64,000 bases of DNA from Candidatus Kaiserbacteria bacterium. GTDB taxonomy: Bacteria; Patescibacteriota; Minisyncoccia; Phycocordibacterales; UBA918. The notes beneath the pieces are model-generated. The model made no database searches. It had not been told where the DNA came from and saw only the letters and a list, made by a program, of their open reading frames with translations. The translations under genes and the position numbers were made by a program. This document shows positions 48,596-57,271 of this stretch, one piece after another; position 1 is the first letter of the stretch, and the number at the start of each line of letters is the position of its first letter. The DNA lies in the NCBI GenBank assembly GCA_016204695.1, contig JACQKD010000009.1, positions 11,710 through 75,709 on the forward strand, given 5' to 3'.

Positions 48596-49318
48596 ATGGC
48601 TTCTATGCTTTCAAAACTCAATATTAAAGCACTGCGGGAATCACACGGCATGTCGCAGGCGTATCTCGCCGAACGGCTTGGTATGTCTCGCCCGACCTTC
48701 ATAAAGGTGGAGAAAGGAGAACGGATACTGACTCGTCCTGAAGAGGAACGTGTCAGGGAGCTGTTCGGGATGGTTGATGAATTCACGAAAGCGACGGACA
48801 TACGCATCTCCGTACCGCAGAAGAAACTGGAGAAATTCAAACAGGTGCTCCTGTATGTGCTTGAGAAAACAGCCGGAAACCCGAAGATCGGCATGACCGC
48901 ACTCTACAAGCTCCTCTATTTCATTGATTTTGACTACTATGAAAAGTATGACCAGCAGTTGATGGGACTCACCTATATTAAAAATCACTATGGTCCAACG
49001 CCTCGCGAATTCGTGAAAGTGGTGGAGGACATGAAGCAGGCGGGCGATCTGGAAGAGGTGAGGAGTTCGTATTTTGCGTACGAGCAGAGAAAATTTCTTC
49101 CTCGCAAATCAGCAAACCTTGCGTCGTTAAGCGGCCAGGAGAAGGAGATGATTGATAGCGTCCTCGCACGATATGGTGATAAAAGCGCGACGGAACTCAC
49201 GCGGCTCTCACACGAGGATACGCCGTATGTGGTCGCGGAAGACGGGAAAAATATTGAGTACGAGCATGTGTTCTATCGTACCGACGGGTTCTCCGTGCGC
49301 GAGTATGATCCGCTGTAG
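48596..49318 (+). CDS. XRE HTH plus Panacea/SocA (DUF4065) antitoxin-like protein
   Basis: IKALRESHGMSQAYLAERLGMSRPT..EKG; LYKLLYFIDF..YIKNHYGPTP..SATELTRLSH. Confidence 0.88.
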   Translation: MASMLSKLNIKALRESHGMSQAYLAERLGMSRPTFIKVEKGERILTRPEEERVRELFGMVDEFTKATDIRISVPQKKLEKFKQVLLYVLEKTAGNPKIGMTALYKLLYFIDFDYYEKYDQQLMGLTYIKNHYGPTPREFVKVVEDMKQAGDLEEVRSSYFAYEQRKFLPRKSANLASLSGQEKEMIDSVLARYGDKSATELTRLSHEDTPYVVAEDGKNIEYEHVFYRTDGFSVREYDPL

Positions 49319-49330
49319 GCGGTTGCACGT

Positions 49331-49669
49331 ATGAAATATGATGAGTTACACGAATTCTCGCGCGAATTGAAACGGCTTCGCAAAAAATACTTGACATTGA
49401 GCGATGACCTAGATGAACTGAAGCACACTTTGGCGAAGCTTACGATACAAGGCGGCGGGAAACACTGGACTTGTCTGCACCGAGAAGAGCGGGTGAGTAT
49501 CTATAAAATACGACTTGCGTGCCGATCTCTGCGGGCGACAACCATGCGAGTAATCTATGCACGTCATACGGATCCAGTCAGGATCGTTTTTATAGAACTT
49601 TATTACAAAGGCGAGAAAGAAAACGAAGATCGGGAACGTATCAAACAGTATCTTCTTGATACACAATGA
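49331..49669 (+). CDS. RelE/HigB-like toxin
   Basis: EFSRELKRLRKKY.TL.DDL, IYKIRLAC, RVIY, IELYYKGEKEN; follows the antitoxin-like gene. Confidence 0.75.
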   Translation: MKYDELHEFSRELKRLRKKYLTLSDDLDELKHTLAKLTIQGGGKHWTCLHREERVSIYKIRLACRSLRATTMRVIYARHTDPVRIVFIELYYKGEKENEDRERIKQYLLDTQ

Positions 49670-49877
49670 TAATGTGGTACTGCTCGGACCTGCCATAGAG
49701 GACAAGGATCTAGAGCACGAGTTCGTGCATGTGGAGCAGTTCGAGCGAGCGCCGTTCATATCTATGTTTTTGATGTGGATCGACAAGGCGAAAAACGGTA
49801 ATAGGTACAGTACGTATGAGGACGAAGCATATCGCCGGGCCGGCAATGTCTGGAAAGGCGAGGAGAAACGGAAGTGA
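49656..49877 (+). pseudogene. Probable C-terminal fragment of an HExxH metallopeptidase-like gene
   Basis: LEHEFVHVEQ...YEDEAY in a short frame overlapping the toxin stop; no convincing start. Confidence 0.5.
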
Positions 49878-49891
49878 GAGGGTATAAAGGT

Positions 49892-49927
49892 AAAAGCCGG
49901 TGCGGACGTATGTCCGCACCGGCTTTT
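49892..49927. terminator. 16-bp perfect hairpin between convergent genes
   Basis: AAAAGCCGGTGCGGAC-GTAT-GTCCGCACCGGCTTTT. Confidence 0.75.
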
Positions 49928-49943
49928 CGCAAGCGTGCATGTT

Positions 49944-50210
49944 TCATTTGTCCTCCCACGGGGAGTTTTCCCGTATCCACTCTTCGACGTGTTGTGCGAG
50001 GGTGATAGCGACAAATGTCCAGAGAAGCGCAAGATAGGTTCCCATAGCCGCGTTCCCGAGTATGAGCCAGACTGACTTCAGCCATCTTGCACTTACGAAT
50101 ATCCACCCCACCTGGAAGAGTATGAAAACCGCAATGCTCGCCCATGCGAGCAAATGGACGAATCCGACCAAATGACCAATCCGCGGGACCTTCCGTCTTC
50201 GATCAGCCAT
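49944..50210 (-). CDS. Small two-TM hypothetical protein
   Basis: 88 aa, two hydrophobic segments, SD-like AAGGGGG. Confidence 0.6.
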   Translation of the reverse strand: MADRRRKVPRIGHLVGFVHLLAWASIAVFILFQVGWIFVSARWLKSVWLILGNAAMGTYLALLWTFVAITLAQHVEEWIRENSPWEDK

Positions 50211-50377
50211 TACGACCCCCCTTGTTGCTCGGGTTATATCGAGTATGAACTACGGAACATGACTTGCGTGATAGTTTCATACTATGGTGTAGCTGGCAAG
50301 AAAATACCGCGCAAGTTAACTCGCATTTGAGACCCATACCATATGAGAATTCAAGGGTGGTGGACGCGAACAGGCGT

Positions 50378-50406
50378 TTGACAGCCCCTATGCTTTCGCG
50401 TACTAT
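50378..50406 (+). promoter_or_regulatory. sigma70 promoter of the rpsS block
   Basis: TTGACA-17 nt-TACTAT. Confidence 0.75.
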
Positions 50407-50526
50407 GCCTGCACAAAGCTCGAACGGGCTTTTTTGTTTGCTGGGCAGTGTTATATATGTAGGGTGCATATGTGACGCGGCCGACCGATCAAGCGCGGTC
50501 GCCAAGCGGGTGGCATACGTATCTTT

Positions 50527-50874
50527 ATGTCCCGGTCACTATATAAAGGACCATACGTCGACGAAAAATTGCTCAAGAAAGTGTTGAGCAAGAAGTCCCG
50601 TGAGGCGGGGACTATTAAGACGTGGGCGCGCCGGAGCCAGATCTCTCCGGAAATGGTGGGATATACCTTCGGAGTGCACAACGGCAAGGATCATATCGAC
50701 GTATTCGTGAGCGAGGAGATGGTGGGGCACCGGCTGGGGGAGTTCTCACCGACCACCAAATTTGTCCGCCACGGCGGCCAGATGCAGAAGGGTCTTGAGG
50801 CAAAAAAGAAGGAGGGCGAGATTGCGGCGGCGAAGGCCGCAAAGGCCGTGGCCACTCCCGCCAAGAAGAAGTAA
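50527..50874 (+). CDS. rpsS: 30S ribosomal protein S19
   Basis: [37 protein letters not shown]. Confidence 0.98.
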   Translation: MSRSLYKGPYVDEKLLKKVLSKKSREAGTIKTWARRSQISPEMVGYTFGVHNGKDHIDVFVSEEMVGHRLGEFSPTTKFVRHGGQMQKGLEAKKKEGEIAAAKAAKAVATPAKKK

Positions 50875-50886
50875 TCATCTCCGCAT

Positions 50887-51222
50887 ATGAAAGCCGTCCT
50901 TAAAAACTATCATCAGTCTCCCCGCAAGGTCCGCTTGCTCGCAGATCTCGTGCGCGGGAAGGACGTCCGGAAGGCGCTTGATCTTCTCTCTTTTGCGAAC
51001 AAGCGCGCGGCCGGGCCGTTTGCTGCGCTTCTGCGCTCCGCACTTGCGAATGCGAAGGCCGCCGGCTCGGATGCCGACGGTCTTGTGGTGAAAAAAGTGG
51101 CGGTCGACGCAGGGACGGCCTTTAAGCGTTTTATGCCGCGAGCGCGCGGATCGGCATCGACGATCAACCGCCGATCGAGCACCGTCACCTTGGAGCTCGC
51201 CGAGCAGGAGGCGAAAAAATAA
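50887..51222 (+). CDS. rplV: 50S ribosomal protein L22
   Basis: QSPRKVRLLADLVRG, SALANA, KRFMPRARG. Confidence 0.97.
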   Translation: MKAVLKNYHQSPRKVRLLADLVRGKDVRKALDLLSFANKRAAGPFAALLRSALANAKAAGSDADGLVVKKVAVDAGTAFKRFMPRARGSASTINRRSSTVTLELAEQEAKK

Positions 51223-51237
51223 CCGCCGTTTTATACC

Positions 51238-51963
51238 ATGACTCACATCGTCCATCCGTACATACACCGCCTCGGCGTCATCCGCGACTGGAAGTCTCGC
51301 TGGTTTGCGTCCGATCCGAAGAAGTACCGGGAGTATCTCCGGGTGGACCGGGGCATTCGCACCCTGCTTGAAAAGAAGCTTCGCGGCATGTACGTGGCGT
51401 CGATCGACATCGAGCGGGGCGACAAGATCGTGCGCATCGTCCTGCGGACATCGCGCCCCGGTCTCATCATCGGCCGTTCGGGAGAAGGTGCGGTGAAATT
51501 GAAAAAGGAGATCGATATGCTTCTGCGGACGCTCTCGCTCTCGGAGATCCCGGAGGTGAAGCTCGATATCGAGGAGATCCGCACGCCGGAATCGAACGCG
51601 ATGATCGTCGCGCAGATGATCGTCGAAGGACTTGAAAAGCATATGCCGTTCCGTCGCGTGATGAAGCAGACGGTCGAGAAGGTGATCGCCAACCGCGACG
51701 TCGAGGGCGTGCGGGTGATGGTCTCGGGCCGGCTCGGCGGGGCGGACATGAGCCGCACCGAGGAGCTCAAGCGCGGCCGCATCCCGCTCCAGACCCTGCG
51801 GGCCGACATCGACTTCGCGCGGGCGCGGGCGGTCGACAAGTTTGGCACGATGGGCGTAAAGGTCTGGATCTACCGCGGCGACATCTTCGCCGACCGCGCC
51901 AAGCGGAGTGAGGAACGCCCGGAGCAGCCGCGCGGCCGCTTCGAACACGCACGGACCCGTTAA
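51238..51963 (+). CDS. rpsC: 30S ribosomal protein S3
   Basis: HPYIHRLG, RPGLIIG, SGRLGGADMSRTE, IPLQTLRADID. Confidence 0.97.
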   Translation: MTHIVHPYIHRLGVIRDWKSRWFASDPKKYREYLRVDRGIRTLLEKKLRGMYVASIDIERGDKIVRIVLRTSRPGLIIGRSGEGAVKLKKEIDMLLRTLSLSEIPEVKLDIEEIRTPESNAMIVAQMIVEGLEKHMPFRRVMKQTVEKVIANRDVEGVRVMVSGRLGGADMSRTEELKRGRIPLQTLRADIDFARARAVDKFGTMGVKVWIYRGDIFADRAKRSEERPEQPRGRFEHARTR

Positions 51964-51972
51964 CATACCGAT

Positions 51973-52392
51973 ATGCTGTTTCCAAAGAAAGTAAAACATA
52001 GAAAGTGGCAGACGGGACGCGTCAATCCGAAGAAATACTCTCCGGATACGCGCGGACTTTCGGTGTCGTTTGGCTCGTACGGATTGCGGGCGCTCTCGCA
52101 AGCGCGAGTAAAGTCAAATCAGATCGAGGCGGCGCGGCGGGTGATCTCCCGCACGCTCGGCAAGACGGGCAAGGTGTGGATCCGCATTTTTCCCGACCAT
52201 CCGGTCACGAAAAAGCCGGCCGAGGTCGGCATGGGCAAAGGGAAGGGCGACCCGGAGCATTTCATTTTTGAGGTTCTGCCCGGACGCATCCTCTTTGAGG
52301 TCGACGGCGTGACGAAGGAGGTGGCGACCGAGGCCTTCCGGAAGGCGACGGCGAAACTTCCGGTCAAGGGCAAGATGGTCGTACGGGTGTAA
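51973..52392 (+). CDS. rplP: 50S ribosomal protein L16
   Basis: MLFPKKVKHRK, QIEAAR, WIRIFPD, MGKGKG. Confidence 0.98.
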   Translation: MLFPKKVKHRKWQTGRVNPKKYSPDTRGLSVSFGSYGLRALSQARVKSNQIEAARRVISRTLGKTGKVWIRIFPDHPVTKKPAEVGMGKGKGDPEHFIFEVLPGRILFEVDGVTKEVATEAFRKATAKLPVKGKMVVRV

Positions 52393-52412
52393 TGCGACAG
52401 CATAGCGGCAGT

Positions 52413-52604
52413 ATGAAGACCAATGATTTTAAAACAAAAGACGAAGCGGAACTGCAGAAGGCGATCAGCGCGTCGCGCGAGGAGCTTCGTGTCGCGCGCT
52501 TTGCCGCCGCCGGCGCCGCGCCGCGCGACCTCAAGGCAATGCGTGCGGCAAAGAAAGGGATCGCCCGAATGCTCACCGAGCTGTCAGTCCGCCGTAGCGC
52601 ATAG
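52413..52604 (+). CDS. rpmC: 50S ribosomal protein L29
   Basis: Position between rplP and rpsQ; ELRVARF..KKGIARMLT. Confidence 0.88.
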   Translation: MKTNDFKTKDEAELQKAISASREELRVARFAAAGAAPRDLKAMRAAKKGIARMLTELSVRRSA

Positions 52605-52615
52605 CAGAATGTCAT

Positions 52616-52882
52616 ATGGATACTAAAGAAACACAACAGAAGACCGGTGAGAAGAAGACGAAGGGGCGTACCTTCCGCGGGACGGTCGTGGCCGCGAAGA
52701 TGCAAGATACCGCTACTGTTGCGGTCGAGCGGTATGTTCAGCACCCGAAGTACAAGAAATTTATGCGGCGGACCAAGAAATATCTCGTACACAATCCGGC
52801 GGGCGCGGCCAAGGTCGGGGACGCGGTTACGATCGCCGAAGTGCGCCCGATCTCGCGGCGTAAGCATTTCATTATCATATGA
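52616..52882 (+). CDS. rpsQ: 30S ribosomal protein S17
   Basis: GTVVAAKMQDT, HPKYKK, RPISRRK. Confidence 0.96.
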   Translation: MDTKETQQKTGEKKTKGRTFRGTVVAAKMQDTATVAVERYVQHPKYKKFMRRTKKYLVHNPAGAAKVGDAVTIAEVRPISRRKHFIII

Positions 52883-53250
52883 TCCAGCCACAGACACTTG
52901 TCACAATCACCGACAATTCCGGCGCGAAGACCGGGCGCGTTTTCAAGGTGCTCGGCAGTTCGAAGAAGCGCTACGCGCGCATCGGGGATCTCGTCGTGCT
53001 CTCCGTCCAGATCGCCGAGCCGCGCAAGCAGACCAAGAAGAAGGACGTGGTGCATGCGATCGTGGTGCGCCAGCGCACGCCATTTCGCCGCAAAGACGGC
53101 TCGTACGTGAGCTTCGATGACAACGCGGTCGTTATCGTCGAAAAGGAGAAGCGCGAGCCGCGGGCGACCCGCGTCTTCGGACCGATACCGCGCGAGATTG
53201 CGGAAGCGGGCTATCAGCGCATTGTCTCGCTTGCGCCCGAGGTCGTATAA
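52879..53250 (+). CDS. rplN: 50S ribosomal protein L14
   Basis: [29 protein letters not shown]. Confidence 0.98.
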   Translation: MIQPQTLVTITDNSGAKTGRVFKVLGSSKKRYARIGDLVVLSVQIAEPRKQTKKKDVVHAIVVRQRTPFRRKDGSYVSFDDNAVVIVEKEKREPRATRVFGPIPREIAEAGYQRIVSLAPEVV

Positions 53251-53258
53251 ATAGTTGT

Positions 53259-53564
53259 ATGAAAATCAGGAAAGGAGACAATGTTATCGTGATTGCGGGG
53301 AAAGACCGGGGAAAGACCGGAACGGTGATTGCGGCGTTCCCGAAGCGGGAGCAGGTGCTTGTCGAAGGTATCGGCATGGTGAAAAAGCACCAGAAGTCGC
53401 GGCGGCGCGGACAGGCGGGCCAGATCGTCGACCGCCCGAGCCCGATTCATGTGTCGAACGTGGCCGCCAAAGATCCGAAGACCGGCAAAGTCGCCCGCGT
53501 CGGATACCGGGTCGACGACGGCAAGAAAGTGCGTGTCGCAAAGCCGAGCAACGACAAGATCTAA
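53259..53564 (+). CDS. rplX: 50S ribosomal protein L24
   Basis: [25 protein letters not shown]. Confidence 0.97.
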   Translation: MKIRKGDNVIVIAGKDRGKTGTVIAAFPKREQVLVEGIGMVKKHQKSRRRGQAGQIVDRPSPIHVSNVAAKDPKTGKVARVGYRVDDGKKVRVAKPSNDKI

Positions 53565-53579
53565 CCTATCTATTTCCAT

Positions 53580-54140
53580 ATGGCAGTAAAGGCAACAACC
53601 GTTCCAAAAGGCAAGACGCTTGAGAAAGTGAGCGGTGCATACAACGCGCTTAAGGAGGCATCCGGCTATACCAATGCCATGCAGGCGCCGCGGATCGAGA
53701 AGGTCGTAGTCGGCGTCGGGATCGGCAGGGTGAGCGACAAGACCCAGCGAGAGCTCATAGCGGACCGCTTGGCGCGGATCACCGGCCAGCGGCCGGTCGC
53801 GTGCGGAGCCAAGCAGTCGATTGCCTCGTTCAAACTCCGCCAGGGCGACATCGTGGGCTACCAGACCACGCTTCGCGGTCCCCGCATGTACCACTTTCTC
53901 GACAAGCTGATCCATGTAGCCCTGCCGCGTACTCGCGACTTTCGCGGTATTAGGGCATCGTCGGTCGACGAGATGGGCAACTGCACGATCGGCATCCGCG
54001 AGCACACGATTTTCCCCGAAACCTCCGACGAGGATCTCCGCAACGTCTTCGGGCTCGGCATCACTATCGTTACGACCGCCCGCACGAAAAAGGACGCGCT
54101 CGCGCTCCTGCGCCATATCGGTGTCCCGCTGGAGAAATAG
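53580..54140 (+). CDS. rplE: 50S ribosomal protein L5
   Basis: PRIEKVVV, ITGQRP, SIASFKLRQG, LPRTRDFRG. Confidence 0.97.
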   Translation: MAVKATTVPKGKTLEKVSGAYNALKEASGYTNAMQAPRIEKVVVGVGIGRVSDKTQRELIADRLARITGQRPVACGAKQSIASFKLRQGDIVGYQTTLRGPRMYHFLDKLIHVALPRTRDFRGIRASSVDEMGNCTIGIREHTIFPETSDEDLRNVFGLGITIVTTARTKKDALALLRHIGVPLEK

Positions 54141-54169
54141 TGGTTGGGCGAGGTGCTATACTCGTACTG

Positions 54170-54517
54170 ATGCGTTTTTTCTTTAATAAGACGATTTTGG
54201 TTATTTTTATACTTCTGCTTGCGGTCGGTGCCCTCTCTTTTTTTGCTTTGCGATACGAGGCACAGTTCGGCCTTCCGCCTGATTTTTGTCGTGATGGAAC
54301 CTACGCAAAGCCGTTTTGGGAGTCTCCAATCGGGTGCAAAGTGTATGTAGTGAGCCAGTTTGTCCTGTTACCGGTAATTATGGCGGCATTTTTCGGCGGA
54401 GAAAGTCAACTCTGGGCGGCTGTTGGAATGGAGATTCTGGGTCTGTATATACTGGCAGTTATTCTGTATATACCGATAGGACTGGTTAAACGCCTGCGGA
54501 GGACTACTTCCATATAA
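54170..54517 (+). CDS. Small membrane protein inserted between rplE and rpsN
   Basis: About 3 TM segments with a Cys pair in the loop; TGnTATACT 7 nt before the ATG. Confidence 0.65.
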   Translation: MRFFFNKTILVIFILLLAVGALSFFALRYEAQFGLPPDFCRDGTYAKPFWESPIGCKVYVVSQFVLLPVIMAAFFGGESQLWAAVGMEILGLYILAVILYIPIGLVKRLRRTTSI

Positions 54518-54533
54518 GTAGTCCAGCAACAGT

Positions 54534-54562
54534 TTGACAGGGGAGGGTGCAATTGGTAGTAT
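54534..54562 (+). promoter_or_regulatory. sigma70 promoter of the rpsN block
   Basis: TTGACA-17 nt-TAGTAT. Confidence 0.7.
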
Positions 54563-54638
54563 TCCTCCGTTCGCGACTTGCGCAGGAGTTGGGAAAAGGC
54601 GCCTGCAAACGGTGCTTTTTCTATACATTTTTCTCTAC

Positions 54639-54824
54639 ATGGCTAAAACATCAGCAAAGGTTCGTGCGGCGCGCACCCCGAAGTTTAAGAGTCGGGTTGT
54701 TCGGCGATGTTTTGCCTGCGGGAGGCGGCACGGGTATCTGCGGGATTTCGGTCTCTGCAGGATCTGTTTCCGCGAAATGGCGAATGAGGGCGTGATTCCG
54801 GGCATTAAGAAATCATCATGGTAA
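54639..54824 (+). CDS. rpsN: 30S ribosomal protein S14 (Zn-binding type Z)
   Basis: [26 protein letters not shown]. Confidence 0.97.
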   Translation: MAKTSAKVRAARTPKFKSRVVRRCFACGRRHGYLRDFGLCRICFREMANEGVIPGIKKSSW

Positions 54825-55210
54825 GCGACCCGGTAGGAGATTTTGTCGTACAGCTTATGAACGGGGCCGCGGTCCGGAAGAGGAGCGTGTCCGTTCCGTA
54901 TTCGAAATTGAAAGCGGCGATTGCCGAGAAGCTTGTGGAGGCGGGGTATCTCAAAGCCGTCGCGAAGCGCGGTAAGAAGGTTCGCAAGACGCTTGAAGTC
55001 GAGCTTGCGTACGAGAAGGGCGCGCCGGCGATTCGCGGAGTCAAGCGCATCTCGAAGCCCGGTCGTCGCATGTACGCGGGCGTCGCCGACATCCACCCGG
55101 TCAAGTTCGGTATCGGGTCGATCATCCTCTCCACACCGAAGGGTATAGTTACCGGAGAGGAGGCGCGCAAAGAACAGGTCGGCGGGGAGCAACTCTTCAC
55201 TATTTGGTAG
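54818..55210 (+). CDS. rpsH: 30S ribosomal protein S8
   Basis: [25 protein letters not shown]. Confidence 0.97.
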   Translation: MVSDPVGDFVVQLMNGAAVRKRSVSVPYSKLKAAIAEKLVEAGYLKAVAKRGKKVRKTLEVELAYEKGAPAIRGVKRISKPGRRMYAGVADIHPVKFGIGSIILSTPKGIVTGEEARKEQVGGEQLFTIW

Positions 55211-55235
55211 ATCGCCAGTATTCTTCATTTTTCAT

Positions 55236-55772
55236 ATGAGCCGTCTCGGTAAAAAACCAATAGTACTTCCCTCGCCAGTCACAGCGACGCTTGCAGGCGG
55301 CGTGCTTACCGTGAAAGGTCCGAAGGGGGAAATCAGCCGTACGTTCACCGACGACATTACCATGACGGTCGGCGCCGGCGAGATCACACTTGTGCCCGCC
55401 CGGGAGTCGAACTATACCCGCGCGCTCTGGGGCACCTATGCCGCGCACATATACAATATGATCACCGGTGTGACGGAGGGCTTCACGAAAAAGCTTGAAA
55501 TCGAGGGTGTCGGATACCGTGCCGCAGTGAAGGGCGAGGGGCTTGAGCTCATGATCGGCTTTTCGCACCCGGTGCTGGTGGCCGTTCCGAAAGACCTTGC
55601 GGTGTCGGTGGAAAAGAACGTCATCACCGTTTCCGGCATCGACAAAGAGCAGGTCGGGCAGTTTGCGGCGATCGTCCGGCTTGCGAAGCCCCCGGAGCCG
55701 TACAAGGGCAAGGGCATCCACTACGCAGGCGAGTACATTCTGCGCAAGCAGGGCAAGCGGGCGACCGCGTAA
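55236..55772 (+). CDS. rplF: 50S ribosomal protein L6
   Basis: MSRLGKKPI, VKGPKG, GVGYRA, PEPYKGKGI. Confidence 0.98.
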   Translation: MSRLGKKPIVLPSPVTATLAGGVLTVKGPKGEISRTFTDDITMTVGAGEITLVPARESNYTRALWGTYAAHIYNMITGVTEGFTKKLEIEGVGYRAAVKGEGLELMIGFSHPVLVAVPKDLAVSVEKNVITVSGIDKEQVGQFAAIVRLAKPPEPYKGKGIHYAGEYILRKQGKRATA

Positions 55773-55790
55773 CATTCGATTTTGTACCGT

Positions 55791-56141
55791 ATGGAAAAAG
55801 CCACCGCAAAAAAGAATAATCGAGCACGACGCCATGCGCGCATACGCGCCCGCGTGCGGGGTACGGAGTCGCGTCCGCGTCTTGCCGTGTTTCGCAGTAA
55901 CCAGGCTCTCTATGTGCAACTGATCGACGACGAACAGTCGAATACGATAGTGGCCGCCGACTCGCGCAAAGAAAAAGGAGCGACACTGCGCGAGCGGTCG
56001 ACCCTACTCGGCGTAACGGTCGGCGCCAAGGCGAAAGAAAAAGGTATCGAGAAAGTCGTCTTTGATCGCGGCGGATTCAGGTACCAGGGAGCGATTGCCG
56101 CGTTCGCCGAGAGCGCCCGAAGTGCAGGGCTCGCGTTTTAA
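55791..56141 (+). CDS. rplR: 50S ribosomal protein L18
   Basis: RPRLAVFRSN, QLIDD, VVFDRGGFRYQG. Confidence 0.97.
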   Translation: MEKATAKKNNRARRHARIRARVRGTESRPRLAVFRSNQALYVQLIDDEQSNTIVAADSRKEKGATLRERSTLLGVTVGAKAKEKGIEKVVFDRGGFRYQGAIAAFAESARSAGLAF

Positions 56142-56142
56142 T

Positions 56143-56799
56143 ATGACAGAGGATATGGAAGACAAAAATACAACAGAAATACTCCCGAATGATCCGACGA
56201 TCGACGGAGATGTCGTCGTGCCGGAGGTAGAAGAAGCAGTCCTCGCTGTTGTCGGGGATGAGGTTCGAGCGGTGCCGGAAGCACAAGCGCCGGCAACATC
56301 AGCACGGGGACCCCGCAATCCCCGCCGTCAGCGCCGTACCGGACGCCGCGAAGAGCGCGCACGGCCGGAATTCGAACAGAAGATCATCAGTATTCGCAGG
56401 GTGACCCGCGTGATGGCCGGCGGCCGCCGCTTCAATTTCAGCGTCGCGATGGTTGCCGGTGACAAGAAGGGCAAGGTGGGCGTCGGCATCGGAAAAGCGG
56501 GCGACACCCAGCTCGCGATCGAGAAGGCGCTCCGCGACGCGCGCAGACACATGATCACCGTGCCGATCAACAAGGAACAAATGGTGCCGCATGATGCCAC
56601 GGTCAAATATTCGGCAAGCCAGATCATGATCATGCCGGCGCCCGGTCGCGGTATTGTCGCGGGAAGCTCGGTCCGTACCGTACTCGAGCTTGCGGGCGTT
56701 AAAGACGTGACGGCGAAAGTCCTCTCGCGAAGCAAGAACAAGCTCAACAACGCGCGCGCCGCGATCAAAGCACTTTCGTCCATGCGAGCGCGCTCATAG
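56143..56799 (+). CDS. rpsE: 30S ribosomal protein S5 with an acidic N-terminal extension
   Basis: RRVTRVMAGGRRFNF, GKVGVGIGK, PAPGRGIVAG, LELAG. Confidence 0.97.
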   Translation: MTEDMEDKNTTEILPNDPTIDGDVVVPEVEEAVLAVVGDEVRAVPEAQAPATSARGPRNPRRQRRTGRREERARPEFEQKIISIRRVTRVMAGGRRFNFSVAMVAGDKKGKVGVGIGKAGDTQLAIEKALRDARRHMITVPINKEQMVPHDATVKYSASQIMIMPAPGRGIVAGSSVRTVLELAGVKDVTAKVLSRSKNKLNNARAAIKALSSMRARS

Positions 56800-56812
56800 C
56801 CGGATTCGACAT

Positions 56813-57262
56813 ATGCAACTTCATCAACTCAAACCGAAAACAGTACGAAAAACCGCGCGCCGCATCGGCCGCGGCGGCAAGCGGGGCAAGACATCCGGCC
56901 GCGGCGGCAAGGGTCAGACCGCGCGTACGGGCAACAGCACGCGTCCGGAGATGCGCGATCTCATCAAGAAACTGCCGAAACTGCGCGGTCACGGCAAGAA
57001 CCGCGCTCGGACCGTCAATGCCGAGCGGGTTCGTCCGACCGTCATCAATCTTTCGGTTTTGGATGGCGTATTCGAAGCGGGATCGACGGTTGATCCGCGC
57101 GCACTCCTCTCTCGCGGACTCATTCATGAGCGCGGCGGCCGCCTGCCGACTGTGAAGATACTTGCCGACGGCGACCTTTCGAAAAAGTTGACGGTCGTCG
57201 CGTGTGCGGTATCGGCGGCGGCCCGCACCAAAATAGAAGCACGGGGAGGGAGCGTACAATAG
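56813..57262 (+). CDS. rplO: 50S ribosomal protein L15
   Basis: RIGRGGKRGKTSGRGGKGQTAR, VKILADG, KIEARGG. Confidence 0.97.
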   Translation: MQLHQLKPKTVRKTARRIGRGGKRGKTSGRGGKGQTARTGNSTRPEMRDLIKKLPKLRGHGKNRARTVNAERVRPTVINLSVLDGVFEAGSTVDPRALLSRGLIHERGGRLPTVKILADGDLSKKLTVVACAVSAAARTKIEARGGSVQ

Positions 57263-57271
57263 AGACACCCA

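Noticed and set aside
56800-56812. Missing rpmD (L30) as a novelty
   Set aside because: The absence is real but is an established CPR trait; used only for taxonomic inference.
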